64,000 nucleotides of DNA from Antedon mediterranea (taxonomy: Eukaryota; Animalia; Echinodermata): NCBI RefSeq assembly GCF_964355755.1, contig NC_092677.1, positions 14,344,101-14,408,100 of the forward strand, read 5' to 3'. The notes below the pieces were generated by a model. The model saw nothing but the letters and a program-made list of their open reading frames with translations. It was not told the origin of the DNA and did not search any database. The translations under genes were made by a program, and so were the position numbers. Below are positions 24,001 to 36,000 of this stretch, piece after piece (the first letter of the stretch is position 1; every line of letters begins with the position of its first letter).

Positions 24001-27000
24001 AGAATAATTAATTCTTGTACCATAGAGTCTATAAGTCCAAGCTTAGAAAAAAACGCTTCTGGGATTAGAGTTTGATACCGATAAGAAATCTAATCCTACC
24101 TTCACAATTATTGCCTTGATATTCACTTGTACATGAGCAACCACACGTGTTGCTGTTGATAGTCCCACCGTTTTCACATTCATTACTGCAGCCAGCAGCT
24201 TCTAAATAAAAATTAAATAAATATACTCAACCTTACATAAATAAAACCAACTTGCACTATCGTACGAATGTGAGATAAAATGTTAATTCAAACTTCAAAC
24301 AAAAACTTTTAACAAACACCTTTAACAAAAACCTGAATTCATTATTCACACATCACATCATAATTTCATTTCATTTATTTCTCTCATAAACATTATACAA
24401 TGAAAAATGCATATCAATAAAACACAAGGCCTGTTCACACTACACTATTTTGACAACAAATGTGATGTGTCTATATGGGATGATGATGATTTAATTTTAC
24501 TACCATATTTAGGCACATCAATTTTGGACACACCGAACTAGTTTGATAGTGTAGATAGGATAGAGATTTAGTTATTTATCTAGGTTAGTGACCTATTCAT
24601 AAACATTAATTGGTCCATTAAACCAATTTACCCGGGTAAATAGTCTGAACGGATTCACAGTCAATAAAAAAAACATTAAAAAGAGAAAGCAAAAACCAAA
24701 AGTAAACTGAATAATCAACAATCGCCAAGCAATTTACACATCAAACAAATTGGTGTTATGTTAAAGAAAAAACATCTGTAAACAAATATACACAGAATGT
24801 GTAATTAATTCACCAGTAGGCTGTTGATCTTGGGTTAAACCAGTGGTTGACATCGGTTCAATTGATTCTTGCGTTGTACCTGCGTATTTATTTAACATAA
24901 ATGAAACAAACATGGCATTTGGCAACAAAAAACTTATAGCATAGAACAACATTAACACATGCGCTCGTAAAACAGAAACTTGATAGTAATATATATTATT
25001 TTAATACAGTATAATACTGTATATCAATATTTATATGGTTGAAGTTTGACGTTCGAAACAATGTTTCTGCGAAAAAATTAAGAAAATACATTGTGGTAAT
25101 TTGTATCTGCCAGCATAATCTCTGTATTCCTCCTCTGTTTATGCTATTAAAATAGGTAAAAGAAAAGTAAAAGAAATGTTTACATGTTATTAGTTAAAAG
25201 AAATGTTTACATGTTAGTAAGCAAAAGAAATGTTTCAAAAGAAAATATTTTTTGTGTTATTACGTAAAAATCTCAATTCTTGAACATTTATTGGCATAAA
25301 GTGAGTAAAAAGTACAAAGTATATAAGTATGGGCCCAGGTTAGAAGTAGAACTTTTCTCACTAGGACCTACCTAGCAAAGACCCAAAAACAGATTACGAT
25401 TAAACTAACCAAGTTATAATTACAATGTGTTATTAGACACCATTTAAAACTCAGGTACAGGCATGAATATCTGGTTAATTGTACATAAATCAAATATTTG
25501 TAATAGAAATCTAGACGAAAAAACATTAATTTCCCTTAAAATGGTCAAATACAAAATTCTGATATAAAAATCAGGAAGACTTTTTTTCAGTAGTTAGGTA
25601 GTTTAACCTAATGCAATAACATGTCTGGTGACTCCCTAGAAGGTCAAAAAAGATGGTGGATATTCAGTGGATAATTTTTGCTATAGCATAAAAATAAAAC
25701 TCTGAAGTTGAATAAAAATACCAGAAACGTAAAATTCAAGTTAAATTATCTATATTTAATCATCTCATAAGATTTTTTACCACGTCGTTTATTTTTCATA
25801 GCTTTTTAAAAACGCCTCTATATTTACAAACATTTGTGTACAAAAGAATAGAGATTTTGCTGTGTAATTTGAATTACTGATAAGAAAGTGCTTATTTTCA
25901 ACAAGCTCGTGTAACACAAATGAAATCCCAAAAATTATGAAACATAGTCAAACTATACATCGATAATTATTGGAATGTATGATCAATAGAAATTTTTTGC
26001 CCGCACCTGACCTTTAATATTTATACAATTTAATACAAAAAAACAATAGCACGGAATTGTATGTGTTAGTTAAATTGTGGACATGTTAAAGTAAAAGAAC
26101 TGTTTACATGTAAAGTAAAAGAAATGTTTACATGTATATAAACGATATGTTGACATATTAAGTAAACGAAATGCTTACACGTTATTAAGTAAACAAAATA
26201 TTGACATTTTATTAAGTAAAAGAAATGTTGACGTGTTAAGAAAAATAAATGTTGACATGTTAAGTAAACGAAATATTGACATGTTAAGTAAACGAAATGT
26301 TGACAAGTAATGTAAAGAAATGTTGACATGTTAAGTAAACGAAATGTTGACAAGTAATGTAAAGAAATGTTGACATGTTAAGTAAAAGAAATGTTGACCT
26401 GTTAAGTAAAGGAAATGTTGACATGTTAGGTAAACGAAATGTTGACATGTTAAGTAAAAGAAATGTTGACATGTTAAGAAAAATAAATGTTGACATGTTA
26501 AGTAAACGAAATGTTGACAAGTAATGTAAAGAAATGTTGACATGTTATTAAGTAAAGGATATGTTAACATTTTATGAAGTAAACGAAATTTGTACATGTT
26601 ATTAAGTAAAAGAAATGTTACCCAGTTAAGTAAAAGAAATTTTGACATGTTAAGTAAAAGAAATGTTGACCTGTTAAGTAAAGGAAATGTTGACATGTTA
26701 AGTAAAGGAAATGTTGACATGTTAAGTAAAAGAAATGTTGACATGTTAAGTAAAAGAAATGTTGACATGTTAAGTAAAAGAAATGTTGACATGTTAGGTA
26801 AACGAAATGTTGACATGTTAAGTAAAAGAAATGTTGACATGTTAAGTAAACGAAATGTTGACAGGTTAAGTAAACAAAATGTTGACAAGTAATGTAAAGA
26901 AATATTGACATGTTATTAAGTAAAGGATATGTTAACATTTTATGAAGTAACGAAATTTTTACATGTTATTAAGTAAAAGAAATGTTACCAAGTTAAGTAA

Positions 27001-30000
27001 AAGAAATGTTGACATGTTAAGTAAAAGAAATGTTGACATGTTAAGTAATGGAAATGTTGACCTGTTAAGTAAAGGAAATGTTGACATGTTAGGTAAAGGA
27101 AATGTTGACATGTTAAGTAAAAGAAATGTTGACCTGTTAAGTAAAGGAAATGTTGACATGTTAGGTAAACGAAATGTTGACATGTTAAGTAAAAGAAATG
27201 TTGACATGTTAGGTAAACGAAATGTTGACATGTTAACTAAAAGAAATGTTGACCTGTTAAGTAAAGGAAATGTTGACATGTTAGGTAAACGAAATGTTGA
27301 CATGTTAAGTAAAAGAAATGTTGACCTGTTAAGTAAAAGAAATGTTGACATGTTAAGTAAAGGAAATGTTGACATGTTAGGTATAAACGAAATGTTGACA
27401 TGTTAGGTAAAAGAAATGTTGACCTGTTAAGTAAAAGAAATGTTGACATGTTAGGTAAACGAAATGTTGACATGTTAAGTAAAATAAATGTCGACCTGTT
27501 AAGTAAACGAAATGTTTACATGTTATTTAAGTAAAAAGATAACTAAAAGAAATTGTATTCTTCTTGCGTTGTAGGCCTACCTGTGTATATTTTTTACATA
27601 AACATGAATGAAGCTAACATGACGTTTTGGCAACACAAACATTATAGAAAAAAAAATGGAAACTATATTGTAATATCTATATATTAATATTAATACTGCA
27701 TGTAGTTGAGGTTTGAAGTTTGAAAAACAATATTAACAATAATGTTGGGGCGAAAAATTAAGAAAACAAATGGTCGTAATTTGTATCTGTCAACAGCATC
27801 TCTGTTTTCCTTCCCTGTTTATAATCCCATTTCTCACAAAGCCATATTCCGATATTAATAATATTATAATCATAACCATGTCGGTGTGGTTTCCGAAAAC
27901 ACAGCCATCGTCTTCGGGGCTTCCTCCATCGTCGCGACTTTATTCACCATCAGCGTACGATACCAACACCACCCCCCCCCCCCCCCCACCACCAACAAAT
28001 ATTACCAACGCCCTCATCTTTACTGGGTTATTACAATTATGACCTTTGTTATCGTTACCCTGTACATAAAGTGATGAACACATTATAATATGTATATACT
28101 CACCACTATCATCTTCCTCTTCTGTTAAAATAAAAAACAAAAATTATATATTTTGGAATCGTAATTTCGTAGAATCTGACGTGGTCAACTTAGTTAGGAG
28201 AATATCAAATTGGCCTAAATGATTTAATGTTTTACAGAAATAAGTACTTCTTATTTATTTCCATATTTACTTCTTACTCCAATCAATTGGACGTTATTGT
28301 GTCAGAAGTCAATATTTCAACATTGATCATCATGATTATGATTACAATGACGTATTTCATTTCCGTATTTCCTAATTAAAGTGGATTCGTGGACCGTTCA
28401 ACTATTATTATACGCTATAAATAATTACTCTCTTTATAGGTTGGTTTCATGGTTTCGCATCATTCGCACTACTACCGCGTGAAACAAATTTTGACAACGC
28501 GGTGCCATTGGATAGAACGAAATTATCGGCAAGAACGTGAATAATAATATTAATAATTAGCATTTACAGTAGTATTGATAAAAGGACGATAGGAATCAAT
28601 TATACATACCACATACAAAATCATCTGGCAATGCACCTAAAAAAAAACATCTATTGTTTTATCGGTGTTCTATGTAATTTATCCGATTTACAAATAAATT
28701 GATCGCTTGTACATTTCAACGATTTATGAATTCGTTATGTTTATTGATTTAAGAATAAATAATTGTTAACGTTTGTTTTACAGGTGAATTTTCTATTTGT
28801 TTGGCAGGACAACTCTCAAATATCATGGAAAATTACTAAAATGGTGTACATGATCTCAGATATGTACGTGAAATCGGAAAGATTAATCGTTACAATGTCT
28901 AAATTCAAGATAAATGACGTAATTGTGGAGAAGAAAAGCAGAAGAGAGCTGTACTATGTTTATTAAGCTTGGAAATAACACATTAATATTGTAGTAAGTA
29001 CGATCTCTTAATTTTATTTATTTTTTATTTAAATCCTAGTGGCCGTAATTTATTGTTTCTTAAAATATAAACAATAATTCACTTAAGTCATTAAGAAATT
29101 AAGAGGCACTTGTAAGGATGTTTCTATTCGCCTAGTTATTCGCGAGTTGACCAATGACAAGCGAAAAGTCAAATAATCCATCGCTTGTGATTGGACAAAT
29201 CGCTTACGTTACGCTTACGTTCTTGCATTGTATTCACGTGGGAACCAAGCTTAAGTAACTACTGTATTTGAACATACTGTATACTTACTACATTCGTTAC
29301 ACATAAGTGGACATCCTTCTCGTACGTAGTCATAACCAGTGCATTGCGCTGGATACCATCCCGCATAACAGTAGGCATTAGTGTCTTCACATAGTTCTTT
29401 AAAAAAGAAAATAAAGTTTTAAACACTTAGTGTCCCGCAAAGCAACAAAATAAAGTCATAACTTTTAAAGGCCATCTTTCACCGCAAAATAAAATCAACA
29501 AAAACTTCTACAAATATGAAAAAAACCACAAAATAATGATTTTTTTTAAATAAAAAAAGACAAAATAAACGGTTAGGCCTACATTTAAACAGCGGTTGTC
29601 TTCCAGAAAATTGAGTCACGTTTAAAACTTTTTTTCATCTTCAAATTACGATTTATTGGGTAAATATTTACTTTTTCAGGGGATAATATTACGTTAATGG
29701 AAGTGATCGGGTCTAATTGTTGAGTTATTAAGAATTACAGTTCTCGGTCCGATCATGGCATACTTACCAGAGCAGTCATTCCCCATGTAACCTTCAGGAC
29801 AGGTACAGTTGCAGTGAGTTTCACTCAATGTGCCGCAATTGGAACATTCTTGATTGCAAACTGTCGAATTAGAATCATAATATTCGATTAAAGGTAACTT
29901 CCTGGTCCACATACTCAATTACCAAACTGATATTTTGAAACAGCACCATATCAACCAGCGGATCAAATTAGACTTCCGCATTTTGTATTTTCTCCACTAA

Positions 30001-33000
30001 TTATGCAAAATTTGAGATTTAACTACAATGCACTGTCAAGAGTGCTGCAGTACATTTATTTCATATCATGTGACACACACTCGTCCAATCAAATGACAAG
30101 CATCTCTGTTATCTCTGTGTTATAATACCGTATTATTTAACATTATCAATTATAAGTATATACATGAGTGCTTGGTAATGCGTTTTTTGAGTACATGTTG
30201 GAAATAAATAGTAAAAATAAACATACAAATAGGTTTTGGTTAACGAAAGAGAATGCATCATCATTTTTATTTTCAATGTTTCCTACTAATAAATAAATTT
30301 AAACGATTTTTAATTTACCACACGCTTCCTCGTGTTCTGTACACGAACCTGAAACGAAATTAAACAATAATTCAATAACAACACTACTTAAGATTTAATC
30401 AACCTCATTGTGCATAGGCCCACTTAAATTAATTGAAATCCTAACCATGTATTGAGTTGTGGTAGGCTATAACTAGTGTTTAAGAAAACTATATTGTGAC
30501 TATACCGTACTAAGTGTGACTTGTGAACACGGCCACATTATCAAACTTTATGTGACAAAAAGCATGTGATGTGCCCATATATGGACACGATGACGTCATA
30601 TCACTACCGTATTTGAGCACATTACACTTTTGTCCCATAAAGTTTGATAGTGTAGACAGATAATGAAGTTTTGGAGTGTGTCTGTTAATGCTGTTGGCTT
30701 TAGTTTTTTCGTCTATAGTTAGCATGTCGGTATACTGATTATTTTTTAATTACATTACTTTCATTTATTGAAACACTTGATTAGAAGTAAATATTGAGAA
30801 AGGTTGACTGATCTGCTCAAATGTATAAACAATAATAATTATGATGATAATGTCATAATGGAATACAGCGCTTAGATTATTTTAAACACAAATATTTACT
30901 ATTTTTCTTTTTATGTATAGTTTTTCAAAAGTATAACAATGCTGCTAGATATACAAGCGCCACAGATTGTACGTTGACGAGTTTAGGTCTAAACGTATTT
31001 AGTCCACCATCTTAATGTACTTATACATACGGCATTGATTGTTGTAGCATTGTCCTGATCCAGAGGAACACTCAGTACAGCTTGATCCACTAAGGTATGG
31101 ATGTCTCTGGTAGTTACCTCTGTAAAAATCACAATAAAATGTCATATTAAAATATTGGCATGATCGTGCCTATTAGTTACATGAAAGTGTGATGTGCTCA
31201 AATATGGTAGTGTTATGACGTCAACGTATATATATATATATATATATAATGCCATATCATATTTTTTGGCCACATAAAATTTGATAGTGTAGACAGAGCT
31301 AAAGATGGGAGCTTAGCAACGAGCCCAATTGATATTTTAAAAGAACAAATACAACATTTCGAAGGTTTATACGCAAAAAATTTTATAAACCCTGGAAAAA
31401 TTACCTTTGAAAGAAATACCTTTGTAGTTCTATTATAAACAAGCTTTCAGAAATAGAAAAAGAAAATTGTGAAGGTTACATCACTATTGATGAATGTAAA
31501 AAGGCCATTTCAATGATGAAAAAAAAATAAAACACCAGGATCGGATGGTCTAAGTGTTGAATTTTATGTGTTCTTTTGGAATAATATTAAACATTTAATT
31601 TGCGATGCGTTAAATGAAAGTTATAATTCCCAAGAATTATCCTTTTCGCAAAAACGAGGTGTAAATCACCCTTTTGTTCAAGGATGGAGAAAGAGAAAAT
31701 TTGAATAATTGACGTCCCATTACCCTCTTAAACACCGATTACAAAATGCTTGCACATGTATTAAGTAACAGACTTAAAATGGTTATTAAATCAATAGTAA
31801 GTTCAGACCAAAAAGGCTATATAAAAGGCCGTTTCGCTGGTGAAAACATTCGGTTAATAGAAGACCTGCTTTATTATACAGAATGTAATGATATCGAAGG
31901 GGCAATAATTACCTTAGATTTTAAGAAGGCTTTTGATTCTATTAGTAGAGATTTTATGTTCAATGTACTAGAAAAGTTTAACTTTGGAATGTTCTTTTGT
32001 AACTGGGTAAAAGTATTATATAATAAAGTTGAATGTGTCACAGTTAACAATGGTTGGGTTTCAAACAATTTTAAAATGGAAAGAGGTATTAGACAAGGTT
32101 GTCCTCTATCCGCTCTGTTATTCATTTTAGTGGTCGAAGTAATGGCATCTAGAATAAGAAACAAAGATGACTATAAGGGTATTAAACTTCCAAATAATGA
32201 AAATAACATAGAAGCTAGAATAAGCCAATTAGCCGATGATACTGTTTTGTATGTTGGTAATGACAAAAGTATTAAGTCAGCAGTCAGTGTAATTGAACTT
32301 TTTTTGTAAAGTATCTGGAATGACACTAAATAAAAAAAAACAATGCTTTTTGGATTGGTAAATGGAAGAACAGAATAGATAGGCCTTTAGAATTAAATTG
32401 GGTAAAACACCCGATCGAAATTTTAGGCATATATGTAGGGTATAATACAGAAGAATGTACCAGAAAAAACTGGGATGTTAAATTAATAGAGCTAGCAACG
32501 ACTTTAAAGCAATGGAATGCTAGAAATCTCTCAATTTTTGGTAGAATAATAATCCTGAAAAGTCTTGCACTATCTAAATTAACATATGCTGCAAATATCA
32601 CTGATGTTCCAAAATATGTATATACACAAGTTACAAATCTAATATATAATTTTATTTGGAACAATAAAAGGGAAAAGATAAAAAGAAAAACTCTAATTGG
32701 TGATGATGAGATGGGAGGCATTAAAATGCCTGATTTTACTCTTCATGTTAACGCACTCATGTGTGGCTGGTTAAAAAAAATTATGAATGATGATGGTGCT
32801 AAATCGAAAACTATTCCAATGTATTATATTAAACAAATATGTGATGTTAATGTTTTACTTAATATGTCATGTTATAGCATTATTGATGTTAATTCTGATA
32901 AAATTCCACGGTTTTACAAAAATATGATAAAAGCCTACATAAATTACAACAGAATCTCTAAAAAAAACCTGAAACTTATAACGATATAATGAATGAGCAA

Positions 33001-36000
33001 CTGTGGGGAAACCACTACGTTAAACTAAAAAAAAAAACGCTTTTCTACAAGCATTGGATTGACAGTGGCATTATCAGTAGTATTAAAGACATTGTTAATA
33101 AGAACACTTTTTTAACATCAAACGAAATACTGGTGAAGCTACAATGTAAAACAAACTGGTTAAATGAGTATTTGTGCATTGTTAAGGCAATACCCATTCA
33201 ATGGAAACGTGTTATTAAGGAGGTAGATACTTTCAATTGTGATGATAATGATGAGTTAGTTGGGACCAAGTATGAGATTAATACTTATACCAAATTAATA
33301 TACTCATGGTTTGTGAAAGAATATTTCATTATTCCAATGTCACAATTAAAATGGGAAGAGTACTTGAATGAGAACAACATAGATTGGAAAACATCTTGGT
33401 TACGGAAAGTATGTAAAATGAAAGATAAGAAATTAGCACAATTCAATTATAAGATGTTACATAGAATACTGCCGACCAACAAACGGCTGTATCAGTGGAA
33501 AGTTAAGGAAACACAAACGTGTGACAAATGTGGAGAAATTGAAAATGAAAATCATTTGTTTTTTAGTTGTAGATTTATTCAGAAATTTTGGAGGAAAATG
33601 CTTAGTATCTTTGTAAGTTTAAACCACAATAATATATCAATTAAACAATCAATACTAGGAACGGGAGATAAGCTAATAGATTACATTTACACTTTTGCAG
33701 CATTTACTATTTATAGAATAAAAATGTTATCAGCACTAAATAAGCCAGTGGGTAAATCGTTATGGAATTCATTTAAAAGCAATATGTGGTATATAACATT
33801 GAATGTGAAACATATAACAATAAAGAAACAAATATAGAAAAATGGATAGCTTTAAGAAATACTATTATGCTAATATAATTTCTAATTTGATACGATTATC
33901 AGAAAAGGAATTACTGTGATACGGGTTACTGGTGGTACTGAGCTATTATTGTTTTTTATTTTTTATCATGTATATAAATATATTGTATAATCCGGGTTGT
34001 AAAATGAAAACAAGCAAATGAAAATGTGTGAACTATTTTAAAACGGGATAGATGATAATGATGATCCTGTCAAGTGTATAGCAAAATATAAGAAAATTAA
34101 TGAAAAAAGGAGTAATACAGAATTCGTATATGTAAAAATGTTACTTATGAACTGTAACTACATTTACAAGTTAAATAATACGATTTTATGTAATATGAGA
34201 TAATATGAATGTGAATTAAAGTGGTGTTTGCGCCACAAAAGAGAAGAAAAAAAAGTGTAGACAGAGCTTAATACAAATGTGAGGAATTTTACAATAGTTG
34301 ACTATATCGAATCGATTTTCGAATGTTATTTTTTGTTCGAAACATATAATAAAAATAAACTTACGCAGGCCCATAATTACACGTAAGTAACCAGGCATTT
34401 GTTTGCCCCTCGCTTGTTTCCGAACAGAATGTTATACCACAGCCTACTGCATAGGAGTCAGCCCAAACAACCTGCAATCAAGACAATCGGTGCATTGAAA
34501 ATTCCGCTAACTATATTAGTCATTATTATTCAGATTAAAGCTTGGTTCCCACGCAAGGACGTAAGCTGCGCACGTACCGCAAGTTAATTAGGCCAATCAG
34601 GACCGTCGCCAGTTATTGGTCAACTAGCATTCGGGGGAATTTGAGCTTTCTTTTTAAAGATGTGTAGGCCTATTATCTATACTTTTTAATTTAATTATGA
34701 CTTTCTAACCTGGGTATAATGTCCACAAACGCCGGTACAAGCCCTTGATTCGTACGTATACATGCTCACTTCATTGTACCAGGCTTGCGTAGCACCGACT
34801 CCATCAGGTTGGACATCGGCAGTACCGCTGCCAAGCCATAGGTTTTGCCCTATCGGATTAAATACAGATGTTGTGTCGCTGTCTGGTTGTCCATGATCCC
34901 AAGTACAAGTGTCCGACCACTCTTGAGCCAATGTCGCCAAATCATCATCCCATTTCTATGTTTAATTAATGTAAGTGAAAGTCAATGACATTCAATAATA
35001 TAAATTGAATAACATCACTATTTAGAGTTTTAAAAATGTTAGCGTTGTGCGAGAGTTTATTAAGTGTCTGTGAGCATGGAGCTATAAATAGCTCCATGCT
35101 GTGAGTAAAGTAAAAAATATATACATACATCTAGAAAACTAACTACCAATTCATTTATATGTCTAATTTTCTCATTCCTATTTCGTATTTTCAATTATTA
35201 TAATCTTTTTTTAAAGAAGTCCTACACCATATTTTCGAAGTGCTTATTTGGCGCAATTTTGTGATTTTTTTCTAATATTATTTATTCATTATAAATAAAG
35301 TCCCAAATTCTTATGTTTAATTAATATTATAAACAACTTAAAACGCGAGTAAGTCTACGTTAGCGAGACTACTATTTTCCTAATTAAATGATACCATTAC
35401 CAAACACTTTAATAATTAATTATGATCTTTCTGCAACGACCCATAGTATTTGATTAATTGCAGACGAAATCAATACATCGAGTGTTCAAAGCTACCCTAT
35501 TAGACAGGCGTTGGTAATCTGATGGTGAATTATTTATCAGTTTTTATAGGATTACAGCCCTTATACAACTATGTTATAAGGTTGCAGTACAAACATGTTG
35601 TTGGGGTTTTTCGGTAACTATACTACGATGTTTGCCGTATCAATTAGCTGTGTTGATGTATTGATTTTGATACTAATGATCTAAAGAGTAAAAAAGAGCA
35701 ATCAATAAGTTAGTCATTTAGCTGATTCTAGGCAGCAAAAGTCATACTATGTACAGTATCATGTAACATTGTGTGACTCGACCCCACGTTTTCCCGATTC
35801 AAGCCCCCCGGCGCCCAGACCTCTAGACCACAGAGCTTTGGCTGATGGCTAGAAATAGGTTCAAGTCCCACATGAGAATTACTTGCAAATGTATTCACAA
35901 ATGTACTTATTGTACAATTACGTAAGAATGAACAAACATCTGATCAATTAACTTAGCTCCATAACGTATAGTTTAAAAGTACTTATTATATCATCCTATT

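Noticed and set aside
26066-27473. Repetitive ORFs on both strands; possible CRISPR-like array
   Set aside because: Translations of a 24-bp minisatellite; no unique spacers, no cas genes, eukaryotic intron context.
27870-28103. Alternative terminal exon of the CAP gene with a C16/G16 run
   Set aside because: The candidate intron would be only 44 nt, the peptide is unrecognisable and the homopolymer length is unreliable; no support without RNA data.
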